IMG/VR virus record: IMGVR_UViG_3300031746_000001
Direction: 5' to 3' (one strand)
DNA: 64,000 nucleotides
Source of the DNA: a virus
Made by a program: the position numbers and the translations under genes. Under the pieces are notes generated by a model. The model worked only from the letters and a program-made list of their open reading frames with translations, did no database searches and was not told the origin of the DNA. Position 1 is the stretch's first letter; every line of letters starts with the position of its first letter. Of this stretch, positions 47,692 to 57,110 are shown piece after piece.

Positions 47692-48735
47692 CTAAAGAGT
47701 TTCTGTAGCAGGCACAGGGTTCTGAGTCTGATACCAGCGGAAAGCCTGCTCGAAGGGTGCGTTCACGTCCTGCCCATGATCATAGGCACGGGTAGCAATT
47801 TGCTCAGCAAGTTCAAAGACGGCATCATTGGCCACGACGAACAGAATCTTCTTGTCGCTCCCTTGGTACGAAAAGACCATGAAATTCGACCGGAGCTGAT
47901 CCCCGTGCTCTAAGAATAGTTTCCGGAGGAGAGCGGACAATCCCTCCATCGAGTTGACGTTCTTGGACATGCGAGCAAACTCATCGACGACCTTCTTTGG
48001 GGCCCCCGACTGCCCCAAGCCTTCCCCGACGTTTTTTAGGAGCTCTTCAAACTTCCCCCGATCGGTAAAGGCGAACAGCTTCTGCAACGCCTCATCGCCG
48101 TACCGGATGGCCATGTCCTCGTAAAGTTTCTTGAACTTCAAGGGGTTCATCCTACCCCGCAGAACGTTCAGACGGACGGTCAGAAACTTCTGGAGGTCCA
48201 CATCCTGAAACCGGGCATCGGTCAAGACGTTCACGGGGATCTGGCGCCACTTATCGGGATCCTGCTCCCGCAAGACCTTAATCGCCCTGATCCGGTGCTC
48301 TCCCCCAAGAATCCGGTAATTCCCGCTGTCGAGCGGGACGACCTCGGCGTAGGAGATATAGCCCATCGTTCCGATCTCCTCCACCAGTCGATCGAACTCA
48401 TCGTCCGTCATCTGGTTGGGATTCCAGTCGTTGGCCACGAGCTTGTCCGGGTCGACCATCTGAACCACGCCCGGAACGGCTGTGACCCCCTGGATCCCCT
48501 CCGTAGGGGTAATTCCCGACCCGGGGACAGGCTGTGGCGCCTGAGAACCCTCATGGGGGGCTTCCGTAGGGGCTACAGGGGCTTCTGGGAGGCTTTTCTC
48601 GGCCTGGGGAGGGGTAGTAGCCTCGCTCGGGCTCTCCCCCTCTTTTGGGGCTTCTTCGACCGGGACAGGCTTTCGCCCTTTCCCGAACTTGTCGACGACT
48701 CTTCGGAACGACCTTTTCTGCTTCTGCTTCTTCAT
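47692..48735 (-). CDS. ParB/Srx N-terminal domain protein
   Basis: DKLVANDWNPNQM, YRILGGEHRIRA. Confidence 0.85.
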   Translation of the reverse strand: MKKQKQKRSFRRVVDKFGKGRKPVPVEEAPKEGESPSEATTPPQAEKSLPEAPVAPTEAPHEGSQAPQPVPGSGITPTEGIQGVTAVPGVVQMVDPDKLVANDWNPNQMTDDEFDRLVEEIGTMGYISYAEVVPLDSGNYRILGGEHRIRAIKVLREQDPDKWRQIPVNVLTDARFQDVDLQKFLTVRLNVLRGRMNPLKFKKLYEDMAIRYGDEALQKLFAFTDRGKFEELLKNVGEGLGQSGAPKKVVDEFARMSKNVNSMEGLSALLRKLFLEHGDQLRSNFMVFSYQGSDKKILFVVANDAVFELAEQIATRAYDHGQDVNAPFEQAFRWYQTQNPVPATETL

Positions 48736-49109
48736 TGCACCCCCATCGAGACGGGAATCTTTCCCCTGGTTATGATCGCATCGAAAACCATCCGGATGAC
48801 CTCATGGGTATCAAAGCCCCAGTCGCTCGGATCGTCCCCGAAGGCGACCTTGTGGACTTGATTTATGAGATCGACGTATTCCTCACTATAGTGGTTGACG
48901 GGAAGAGTGGCATACTCCTTCTTCGACCCGCAGACCGAGCACTTGAAAAGCACCCGGTCAATCGTGACGTAGTGGATATTCCCGCCGTCCAGCTTCCGAC
49001 CCCGTCCGGCCTTACCTATCAGCTCCAAGATATGACACGTCGGTCGAGCGGGTATCATCCGCTCCCGCCAGCCAAAAAACCCCCTGATCGCATTGATAAA
49101 TCTTCTCAT
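48732..49109 (-). CDS. Hypothetical Zn-ribbon protein
   Basis: CH...CSVCG; probable start MRRFIN. Confidence 0.5.
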   Translation of the reverse strand: MRRFINAIRGFFGWRERMIPARPTCHILELIGKAGRGRKLDGGNIHYVTIDRVLFKCSVCGSKKEYATLPVNHYSEEYVDLINQVHKVAFGDDPSDWGFDTHEVIRMVFDAIITRGKIPVSMGVQ

Positions 49110-49499
49110 TTGTGCTCCTCGCATCCTCCCACAAATTCTCCGATCGGGACAACAGACTTCCCGCACTTAGGACAGTAAAAGACCTCTCCGCAACGGCATC
49201 GATCCCAGCCAAAGTATTTCATCTTATCCTGGTGGCCTTCGGCGGCACACTCCCGGATGGCATCCTCTCCGAGCGAAATAACCTTATCTTCATCCAATAT
49301 ACTCATTGGACTTCCGGCTGTAGGTGTATTTGATGTTCTCCCGAAGCCATGAATCGACGAGAAACCATAAAAGCGGCGTAAGAGCGGCCACGGCCACCAG
49401 AAAGACCACGAGCCCGCTGATCACGTGGATCCAGAACAGGGCCCCGTGAACCTGCGGGTGATCGACGACGAACCTTAGAATTGCATCCACGGTTCCTCC

Positions 49500-49715
49500 T
49501 TAGATAGTCATTACGCTGGCCGCCTCCCGAGGGGTAACCATCGTAGCCCCTCCGGATATTGCCCGCATGACTGCTCTCTTCGTTGTGAGATCGTAGTGCG
49601 GATGCCGATGATCCTGAAACCACAACCGCTTCAAATTCATCTTCTCAGCAAATCGATGAAGCTCATCGATGGTATCCGCCACCAGGTGCTTCCCATCCGT
49701 GTAGACAGCCATCAC
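49500..49715 (-). CDS. DUF4031-like protein
   Basis: HLVADTIDELHRFAEKMNLKRLWFQ...HYDLT. Confidence 0.8.
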   Translation of the reverse strand: MMAVYTDGKHLVADTIDELHRFAEKMNLKRLWFQDHRHPHYDLTTKRAVMRAISGGATMVTPREAASVMTI

Positions 49716-49800
49716 CCGAGTAGCGGCCAGCCCGCCGATGGTTTGCTCTTGATAAAAGGATCTCGCCCATCAAACGCTCCTGTCGAACGGGCTAGCCGTT

Positions 49801-50148
49801 TCATAGATAGCCTATCACCCTGATCTTGTCGTCGTCCGGAGGTTCCTGCTCCTCCTTCGCCTTCTCCCTCTCCTTGGCTAGCCACTGCTCTCTCCCGTCA
49901 GGTTCCTGGCGCACGTGGTGAGAAGCAAAGAATTTTCTTATATCGTTAATGGGCCTCTCCAACCCCCAGCAGAGACCCACAAACATAGCCAGGGACGTCA
50001 TCATCTGCTCTATAGAACCAAGGTTCGGATAAGCCCAAAAACTCGAGCCGGTGATGTGATGGATGATCTTCATAATCACAAGTCCCATTGCCCCGGAAAC
50101 CATCTTAACCGACCATTTGAGAATCCATTCCTTCCGCTCGTCCGTCAC
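49801..50148 (-). CDS. Two-TM membrane protein
   Basis: Two hydrophobic segments. Confidence 0.55.
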   Translation of the reverse strand: MTDERKEWILKWSVKMVSGAMGLVIMKIIHHITGSSFWAYPNLGSIEQMMTSLAMFVGLCWGLERPINDIRKFFASHHVRQEPDGREQWLAKEREKAKEEQEPPDDDKIRVIGYL

Positions 50149-50155
50149 CCAAACC

Positions 50156-50527
50156 TCATTTCTTCGGTGGATCGAATACCACCCAGACGTTTACCGAGTC
50201 CGGAGGGTCCACGTGGTGTCCACGGAGATCGATCCGGTGGCCCTTGACAAGGCCTCCCTTGTCTCCGCACCAACGGAACCCAACCCCTTCGATGTAAACA
50301 ATCGTGCCTTCCGGGAAGACAGCGGGATCCACTGCCACGACGCTTGAGCAGGCCTTTGCCCCGCTCGAAGTAACCTTCCCGTAAACGTAGTGGGTTAACT
50401 TAAATTTCCCGGCGTAGTTAAACCGGGCAGTAATTTCCTTGGCGATCGGCCCGTTAAGTTCTTCTGAAATGGTCACGCCGACCCATAAGGCCACCAGCAT
50501 GATCACCGAGGCGGTGAGGGTCTTCAT
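50156..50527 (-). CDS. 3D (MltA-like) domain cell-wall protein with N-terminal signal/TM
   Basis: TSSG, VAVDPAVFPEGT, DKGGLVKGHRIDL. Confidence 0.8.
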   Translation of the reverse strand: MKTLTASVIMLVALWVGVTISEELNGPIAKEITARFNYAGKFKLTHYVYGKVTSSGAKACSSVVAVDPAVFPEGTIVYIEGVGFRWCGDKGGLVKGHRIDLRGHHVDPPDSVNVWVVFDPPKK

Positions 50528-50558
50528 AAAACCTCCCAACATTAGGGGGACGAGTAAA

Positions 50559-50804
50559 TCAAGAATCGTCACGACTTCCAACCTCTTCCTCCATCAGCAA
50601 ATCCTCGGTTGAAATCACGTCCGGAACCTCTTCCTCTTCGGCCAGAACGGGATCCGGAATCGAACTCAAACTCCATATCGCTACCCCTCGGTTATCGGTT
50701 TCGACATTGCAGTGCATGCAGTAGTAAGTCCTCACCCTTCCATCGTCGGCGAACGGAACGGTCTCCGTCCCGCACTGGTCGCACTTAGGATCTGCTTCTG
50801 GCAT
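50559..50804 (-). CDS. Zn-ribbon protein with acidic tail
   Basis: CDQC...CMHC. Confidence 0.55.
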   Translation of the reverse strand: MPEADPKCDQCGTETVPFADDGRVRTYYCMHCNVETDNRGVAIWSLSSIPDPVLAEEEEVPDVISTEDLLMEEEVGSRDDS

Positions 50805-50956
50805 ACCTTAACAAATGCGCTTGCCGCATTTTCCCCCGCTCCGAAGAACCCTAAAGTGTTCCCCATTCCGTCTTTTCAAATTAACAGCGGAGCCGACATA
50901 CGCATGTCCGTTAAAGAGGTTTCTTAGCCTATAAATGCCAGATAATTTTAGAGTAG

Positions 50957-51508
50957 TCATCGTTTCCAATTCTTTCCTAGGAGTGACGGATTGACGACCT
51001 TCTTAAAATCATCCAGCGGCATCAGATACCACATCTGAGGCGCCGGGAAATATATTTTAGTGAAGTGAAGCCGGACAAGGGTGTAGTCGTGGTCTCCCTG
51101 TTCCTTGCGGTCCCGGATAGCCGCATCGAGATGAGCCACACAAACCCGCTGGCTCTTCTTCTCGGTAGAGATCGGTGGGAGCTGGCTAGGCCCGAGTTGC
51201 CACTCTTCCGTATTCTCATTCAAAACCTTCTCAACATCCTGCTCCGGAAAACCCATCCACTCCCGAACCCCGTCCGGACGGGTGAAGCAAAGATTAAGAA
51301 GGGGTATCTTGCTTCTCTCCATCGCATGCACATCGAGCTGACGAAGCCACTGCGACTGGACAGACATAAACGACTTGGCAGTCTCCTTCTCTTGGCATAA
51401 AAAGCCGGGGAAAAAGACATCCTCCTTGCGGAAGTGGCCCGATCCGGACCCGGGCTGGGGACGTCCTCCCAGCTCCTTAGCGAGTTTCTTCTCGTGCGAC
51501 AGACCCAA
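50957..51508 (-). CDS. PD-(D/E)xK nuclease, Holliday-junction-resolvase-like
   Basis: EKKLAKELGG..QPGSGS...KEDV...QEKET. Confidence 0.6.
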   Translation of the reverse strand: MGLSHEKKLAKELGGRPQPGSGSGHFRKEDVFFPGFLCQEKETAKSFMSVQSQWLRQLDVHAMERSKIPLLNLCFTRPDGVREWMGFPEQDVEKVLNENTEEWQLGPSQLPPISTEKKSQRVCVAHLDAAIRDRKEQGDHDYTLVRLHFTKIYFPAPQMWYLMPLDDFKKVVNPSLLGKNWKR

Positions 51509-51691
51509 CGGACGCCTCGAGATATTGGCAGACCTTCATCCTCCGGATCGCCCCGAGAGATTTCCCGACCTTCCGGGCATCCTTCGGACAAACCGCCACA
51601 CCCCCAGTGAAGTCCCGGTCGTTCCTCAACAGAACTTCCCCATTACAGATAAAGCAAATTCCCTTACCGACGTATTCGTTCATCATACTCC

Positions 51692-51997
51692 TTAAATCGC
51701 CTGATCGTTTTCGTCGACGGCCCTGAGCACATGCCCTCCCCGCCCGACCCCAACCTGCTCAAACTCTTTGATATCATATTCGTTTGGGGGAGGATTTCCA
51801 GCCGACTGAAACATCGGGAAGACCCTCGTCATGATATCCTGAATCAGCAGGATGTGCTTGCATATCCGGACGTGCTGGAACACGAAGCTCGGGCAGGTGC
51901 AAGACCACGCCCCGGAAACCACGATGTAAATCGTCCCGGGATTCGTGAGGGAATCTACCTCCCACTCGTCTACTTTGATCCGTCGAGCTTGAGCCAT
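51692..51997 (-). CDS. SWIM zinc-finger protein
   Basis: WSCTCPSF......CKHI. Confidence 0.8.
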   Translation of the reverse strand: MAQARRIKVDEWEVDSLTNPGTIYIVVSGAWSCTCPSFVFQHVRICKHILLIQDIMTRVFPMFQSAGNPPPNEYDIKEFEQVGVGRGGHVLRAVDENDQAI

Positions 51998-52004
51998 GGC
52001 ATCC

Positions 52005-52727
52005 TCAGTCCGGCTCCGGGAGGCCACGGCTCTTGTAGATCACCTTGTCGTTGCCATCGACCACGAGGAACCGTAGCTCCCCCTGCTTCTCCCAACGCTT
52101 CAGGAGAGATAGAACTATGGCTGGCGAACCCTTTGTCCCGATATTGTTACTCACGAAGTGAAGGCAGATCAGCGAGAGGGCATGAGAGGGCTTGTCCGTC
52201 TGCCCCATCTTCTTCGCCATCTCGATCGCTTCCATGACCGACTGGTGCTGATCCCGGTAGAGGACGAAGGAGGACCGGAACACCTCCTCCACCTGCGGGA
52301 TAACTCCGGCCTCTTTCTTGACATGCTCCCGGAACTGAAAGACGTTCGAGGTCTCGGCGAGGGCAACGAGCTTCTTGATATTCTTAGGCGTAGCTACGCC
52401 CACGAGCTCCTTCGCCTTCTCGAAGCCAATTTCCGAGACCCCCTTGATCATCTCAGGATTATCCTTGTGCTTGACGCAGAAGTGCTCGTAGAGAGAGATC
52501 AGGTAATAAGCCTTCCGGCCCTTGAAACCCATCTCGGCTTCGATATAGTCCTCAAATCTTTCGAAGCCCCACTTCCTAAACATCTCCTTCGTGCTGACCC
52601 GGTAGAGGAGCCCTGCAAGCTCAAAATAGGCCTCCTCCACCCGCTCCTTTAACTGCACTGCCCGGCGCCTGACTTCGGACTCGGAAAGTCCATCCACAGA
52701 CTTCTGAATCCTGGCTACCTCCAACAT
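52005..52727 (-). CDS. Hypothetical DNA-binding protein
   Basis: WGFERFEDYIEAEMGF..RKAYYLI helical/HTH-like pattern. Confidence 0.55.
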   Translation of the reverse strand: MLEVARIQKSVDGLSESEVRRRAVQLKERVEEAYFELAGLLYRVSTKEMFRKWGFERFEDYIEAEMGFKGRKAYYLISLYEHFCVKHKDNPEMIKGVSEIGFEKAKELVGVATPKNIKKLVALAETSNVFQFREHVKKEAGVIPQVEEVFRSSFVLYRDQHQSVMEAIEMAKKMGQTDKPSHALSLICLHFVSNNIGTKGSPAIVLSLLKRWEKQGELRFLVVDGNDKVIYKSRGLPEPD

Positions 52728-52761
52728 GGGCGTTCTCCCTTCTCATCGTTTGAGATTGCAT

Positions 52762-53166
52762 CTACTCGGGGATATGAGACTCCCTTGAATCTGCTCCCCC
52801 TCCTTCGACTGGCGGGATTTTCCCGACATGGTTTGCTCTCGGCTTCCGGAGAGCGACAAAGCCCCTTCCCCTGATCTCGAGAAGGTTCCGGGCTCCGAGG
52901 GACTTGGCGGGATCCCCCGAGGCCGCTCGGTTCATGAGCTCCCCCCGAATGATCACGTAGTCCCCCTGCTTGACCTTCTCCCGGACGACCGGAATAACGT
53001 CCCCGAACATATTGATTCGGACCCACGTTACGATGTCCTCCGACCTCGAGCCCTTCTCGTTGATCACGATCACGAAGGTGCAGGCATCCATCCCTTCCTT
53101 CGTCTTATCGAACGCAGGGTCCCTGGCGACATTCCCCGCGACGACGACGTTGTTGATTCCGAGCAT
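52762..53166 (-). CDS. ssb: Single-stranded DNA-binding protein
   Basis: INNVVVAGNVARDP, TWVRINMFG, KQGDYVIIRGEL (OB fold). Confidence 0.85.
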   Translation of the reverse strand: MLGINNVVVAGNVARDPAFDKTKEGMDACTFVIVINEKGSRSEDIVTWVRINMFGDVIPVVREKVKQGDYVIIRGELMNRAASGDPAKSLGARNLLEIRGRGFVALRKPRANHVGKIPPVEGGGADSRESHIPE

Positions 53167-53262
53167 TAGGGTTTCCTCATGTTAGGGTGTCTTTCTGCCA
53201 AAGGCACCCGATAATAATACACCATAAGGGTTTACCGTTTTCAAGAGGGTGAGGAAACCCTA
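53167..53262. promoter_or_regulatory. 13-bp inverted repeat covering the ssb RBS and enclosing a hairpin and a putative promoter
   Basis: TAGGGTTTCCTCA (53167-53179)/TGAGGAAACCCTA (53250-53262); inner hairpin GGGTGTCTTT/AAAGGCACCC; TTGAAA-19-TATTAT. Confidence 0.65.
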
Positions 53263-53267
53263 TGCCC

Positions 53268-53825
53268 TTATAGCCCCTCCATCTTCAAAACCATGCGTGG
53301 GATTTTTATGCCCAACACCTTGCCCTTCAGATAGATGGCTATCATCCAGGCATCCATCATGTCCTTATTTTTGAATTCCATCCCCCGACTAGTTAGGAAC
53401 TCCCAGAGCCGGTCCTTCTTGATCGCTCCCCCGCCCTTCGTTCCGATAAAGAACTTTCGGGCCGCCGTCGAACTGACGACCACAATCCTCTTTCCGAAGT
53501 TTGACCAGATCCCAGACTCCACCCAGCCCAGAAGCCTCCCGAGACTGAACTGAGGCCCCTGGAACTTGGAGTAGGCCGGACCCTCCACCCCGATCAGCCG
53601 GGGATCGTAAGACCCAACCTGATTCTGAATCTCAGTTGAGATATCGACAAGCCTTTGAAACCGACCTTCCTCATCGTCCTTCTTGACTTCACACCCTGCC
53701 CCGTATTGGTGGAACTCATCGTTGTCCAGGGAGAGCAGGACGATACCCGTCGACCGCAGGCTCAGGTCGATCCCCATGACACAGTTACGTTTAACTCCCA
53801 CAAAAGAGGACTTGATTTTCTTCAT
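53268..53825 (-). CDS. ruvC: RuvC-like Holliday junction resolvase
   Basis: MGIDLSLRSTG, IGVEG, DMMDAW; start MKKIKS at 53825. Confidence 0.82.
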   Translation of the reverse strand: MKKIKSSFVGVKRNCVMGIDLSLRSTGIVLLSLDNDEFHQYGAGCEVKKDDEEGRFQRLVDISTEIQNQVGSYDPRLIGVEGPAYSKFQGPQFSLGRLLGWVESGIWSNFGKRIVVVSSTAARKFFIGTKGGGAIKKDRLWEFLTSRGMEFKNKDMMDAWMIAIYLKGKVLGIKIPRMVLKMEGL

Positions 53826-54715
53826 GGGGTCTTCCAAGCTGTGTCGACGCACTGCTTGAGGGTCTGGCAATAAGCCCTCCGGGATGGTGCACAGGTAGCC
53901 TCCGGAACAGGCCCGGCCCCCGTGATGGCATCGAAAATCTTCTGGGACATCTCGAGATAGGGATTCACTATCGAGTTGTCGAGATCCACATCGAATCCCT
54001 TGAATAGGGCGGGATCCCTGGGCTTCCCCCGGGGGGCGTAAAGGATATGCCCCCTCGGGACCCCCTTGAGATGCATGTAAATCTGCGTCTGGTGAACGGC
54101 AGTAACCTTCGGGGCAGTCATCCGATTGAATGCCTGGGCGTCGACCGTCTTGATCTCCAAGAGGCGGTCCACCCCAGTGACCCCGTCCGTCCTCTTCATG
54201 GGCATCAGCAGGCCATCGTAATGCCCCCGCAAGTGATACTGTTTGCTCTCGATCGTCTGCTCCACGTACCGCCACTCCCCATCCTGACCGCAAACGCACT
54301 TAGCCGGGTAGTAGGTATTCTCTACGATCGTAAGACACTCCGGACACCGCCAGTCCCCGATCAGGATCCCGAGCTGTCCCAAGTAGGTCTGGACCAACTC
54401 GTGAATCTTCGTCCCGACGTCCATGATATAGCCACTGTGGATGTCCACCTTTCTTGTTAGAGTAAGATTGTGGATCGAAGCCAGAGCGACCTCCCGGGGA
54501 CAAAAGTCCTGATTCACAATGTTGGACACCCGGATAAAGTCCTCCGGGCCGAGGGGCTTCACAACCTGAACTCTCGTCCACATCTCGAGTGCCGATGCGA
54601 CGTCCGACTTCGCTACGGGCGGCTCGGGTTTCTTCTCCTTATGCGGCTTGGCTAATGGTTCGGCCTTAATTAAATCCCGAATGCCGACTACCCCTAAGAC
54701 TTTATCGAAAGACAT
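53822..54715 (-). CDS. Cas4-like/PD-(D/E)xK exonuclease with Zn-ribbon insert
   Basis: FCPRE, GTKIHE, GHYDG, LEIKT, QTQIYM, C-terminal Cys cluster. Confidence 0.82.
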   Translation of the reverse strand: MSFDKVLGVVGIRDLIKAEPLAKPHKEKKPEPPVAKSDVASALEMWTRVQVVKPLGPEDFIRVSNIVNQDFCPREVALASIHNLTLTRKVDIHSGYIMDVGTKIHELVQTYLGQLGILIGDWRCPECLTIVENTYYPAKCVCGQDGEWRYVEQTIESKQYHLRGHYDGLLMPMKRTDGVTGVDRLLEIKTVDAQAFNRMTAPKVTAVHQTQIYMHLKGVPRGHILYAPRGKPRDPALFKGFDVDLDNSIVNPYLEMSQKIFDAITGAGPVPEATCAPSRRAYCQTLKQCVDTAWKTP

Positions 54716-54879
54716 CTCTTTGCTCGCTTTCGCTTTTGTTGTCGCTTTCTGAAACGAGAATAGCAGTGTGAGGAGCAGAAGCTAGATCGTCTGTGCTCCG
54801 GAACGGCCATTCGGGTATAAGTCTTAAAAGAATCTCCGCATCCTTTACAGACACGGTTGTAAACGTGAATTTCGAACAC
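54694..54879 (-). CDS. Small Zn-finger protein (CKGCG...FCSSHC)
   Basis: Cys motifs. Confidence 0.5.
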   Translation of the reverse strand: MFEIHVYNRVCKGCGDSFKTYTRMAVPEHRRSSFCSSHCYSRFRKRQQKRKRAKRCLSIKS

Positions 54880-54882
54880 GGC

Positions 54883-56031
54883 TCACTTTAACTTTATCTT
54901 ATCGAGCAGGAGCCTCTTCACCTTGTCGTATTCCTTCGGGTTGGCCATCCAGAAGTCCACGATGCTGGACTCCGATTTAAGGGGAGTCTCCATCGGAGCA
55001 TACTCCCGGCCATCAATAAGGTAGCGGCCCTCAGCCCTACTGATAATCCCGTAACGCATGCCGATAGCCAACACCCGATCCTCATCAAATATGTCCCCGA
55101 TCTTCTTGGTCTGGGTGTTCGCCAAAACCATCTTGTATTCGCCCTGTATGTAGGGAGTCGTGAGAGAGGAAGTTTTAACCTCGAAGCCAAGAGTCGTAGC
55201 TAGAGGAAACTTGATCCCCGTCTTCTGGTCGTCATCGTAGTCGACCTTTCCTCCCCACATCCGGATTTCGATCCCTGTAGCGAAGCGGTGCCCAAACCCT
55301 CCGGGGGTTACGGTGGGGTCACCCCACAGGACGCCAACCTTGTGACGGATCTGGTTGAGCAGGATGACTGCCGGGCATCTTCTGTTCTGCGTCCAGGAGT
55401 GGTTGAAAGCCGACGTCCATTTCCGGATGCCCTTGTTGAGTATTCTTGCCGCCAGTCCCTGATACTGCTTCTCCATCGCCTGCTGTCCCTCATCGAAGGG
55501 CATCATGGCGGCCAGGCTGTCCACCACCAGAACGTCCACGGCGGTGGACTTAATAAACTCTTCCACGATGTTCCCCGTCTGCTCGGCAGAGTCCGGCTTT
55601 GAAACGTAGCAAGGGTTCTGCCCGTCCTTATTCATGTCCACCCCGAGATGGATCGCCCAGGCCTCGTCGAGCTTCCCCTCCACATCTATGTAGACAACCC
55701 TCATGGGAACTTTCTTACCGCACGTGCAGGAAGAGAGATAGACGTAGCAATTCCGGCAGGTCTTTTGGGCCTCAGCACAGACCCTCAAGGACATGGTCGT
55801 CTTGCCGGACGACTTCATTCCGTAGATTTCCGAGAACCGCCACATGGGGATCCCGCCGCCCGAGGCGAAATCGAGAGCAAAAATACCCGTCGACAGTCTC
55901 GGAATGTCTATCTCCAACGCTTCTGAGCCAGCGGCGGTTACTTCCCCGAACTTCTCGTTAAGATCGGAGACTACACTTTTGAGGCTTCTGTTTGTTTTGG
56001 GAGCTTCCCTCTCGGCACTATCTTTTGCCAT
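54883..56031 (-). CDS. recA: RecA/UvsX-like recombinase with Cys-rich insert
   Basis: LSTGIFALD..GGGIP, EIYGMKSSGKTT, YIDVE, VVVDSLAAM, LNQIRHKVG, TPGG. Confidence 0.93.
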   Translation of the reverse strand: MAKDSAEREAPKTNRSLKSVVSDLNEKFGEVTAAGSEALEIDIPRLSTGIFALDFASGGGIPMWRFSEIYGMKSSGKTTMSLRVCAEAQKTCRNCYVYLSSCTCGKKVPMRVVYIDVEGKLDEAWAIHLGVDMNKDGQNPCYVSKPDSAEQTGNIVEEFIKSTAVDVLVVDSLAAMMPFDEGQQAMEKQYQGLAARILNKGIRKWTSAFNHSWTQNRRCPAVILLNQIRHKVGVLWGDPTVTPGGFGHRFATGIEIRMWGGKVDYDDDQKTGIKFPLATTLGFEVKTSSLTTPYIQGEYKMVLANTQTKKIGDIFDEDRVLAIGMRYGIISRAEGRYLIDGREYAPMETPLKSESSIVDFWMANPKEYDKVKRLLLDKIKLK

Positions 56032-56043
56032 CAGGAAAACTCC

Positions 56044-56556
56044 CTACGCCCCAGGAACTTCCGGGGCATGCTCTTCGCCGGGACGGGAAGCCTCAGCACC
56101 GGGTCGAACCTGTCCGGAGAGCTCATCCCTCTTGGCGTAAATCTTCTCAGCCTCCACGGAGACTTCCTTCTCCACCATCCCCTTTGCCACGAGCAGAGTG
56201 GCATCCAGCTCCTCCTTGTAGCAGGGAAGGGTGACCTGGACGTAAATACGCCCCGAAGCGTAAGGCGCCAACGGGATCGTCAAACCGAAGCCCGCCGTGA
56301 CCGTGGCGGGCGCTGTAACGAAGGACTTGACCTCGAGGGTGCGTTCCGTGACCGGATCGCCCCCCGGATAGGAACGCTCGACCATGATGGTCGACGGGAC
56401 CGCCCGGGCGTCGGGCTGGGTTGGGGCGGGAAAGGATAGTCTAGAAGCCCCCTGAAGGATGGTTTCAAAACCCTTGAGAAACTTATCCAACACCTTCGAT
56501 AACCCCTTGAAGGCATCACCCTCTTTCCCCTTTGCTCCTTTCGGTTTCGCTCGCAT
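56044..56556 (-). CDS. Hypothetical protein
   Basis: ORF with SD GAGGA. Confidence 0.6.
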   Translation of the reverse strand: MRAKPKGAKGKEGDAFKGLSKVLDKFLKGFETILQGASRLSFPAPTQPDARAVPSTIMVERSYPGGDPVTERTLEVKSFVTAPATVTAGFGLTIPLAPYASGRIYVQVTLPCYKEELDATLLVAKGMVEKEVSVEAEKIYAKRDELSGQVRPGAEASRPGEEHAPEVPGA

Positions 56557-56568
56557 CTTCTGTTCCTC

Positions 56569-57099
56569 CTAAATCTCTACGGGTTTAGTGATGTTGACAC
56601 CTAACTTTTTCCACTTATCCGCAACCAGCCGATACAAGAGAGCCCTATCGTTCTTCCCCCGGGGAAGCCCTATGACACAGGGCGCCGCTACCTGGACGGC
56701 TTCGATCATGTCCGCAGTGTAGAGCCTGGCTCCCCGGCGACGGAAGGGAGTTTTTGGAAGCACCCTCAGCCGCTCCCACTTTGCGATCGTCACCTTCCGG
56801 ACTCCAAGGATGTGCGACAGAAAACTACTATGAAAATAAGTCACACCCTTCGATTCGACCGGACGTCTAGTCCGGCCCAACGGAGCCTTGGCGATCCGCT
56901 CCTGGCGTTTCTTGTTGAACTTAAGCCGACGGTACAGAAGTCTCCTTATGACGGACGGAGCTTTGTAATCGGGATGGGTCATCCGAAACTCCTCCCGCTT
57001 CTTGCGTCGCTTATCCAAGAGCTCATCCTTGTGATCGAGATACCACCTACGGAAGTATCTCTTCCTGACGGTTACTGATTGCGGAACCAAACTAACCAC
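56569..57099 (-). CDS. Basic protein with MerR-like HTH
   Basis: LSHILGVRKVTIAKWERLRVLP...RLYT. Confidence 0.62.
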   Translation of the reverse strand: MVSLVPQSVTVRKRYFRRWYLDHKDELLDKRRKKREEFRMTHPDYKAPSVIRRLLYRRLKFNKKRQERIAKAPLGRTRRPVESKGVTYFHSSFLSHILGVRKVTIAKWERLRVLPKTPFRRRGARLYTADMIEAVQVAAPCVIGLPRGKNDRALLYRLVADKWKKLGVNITKPVEI

Positions 57100-57110
57100 C
57101 TCCTGATTAG

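Noticed and set aside
53822-54715. CRISPR-Cas locus suggested by the Cas4-like gene
   Set aside because: No repeat-spacer array or other cas genes seen; stand-alone Cas4-like nucleases are common in phage recombination modules.
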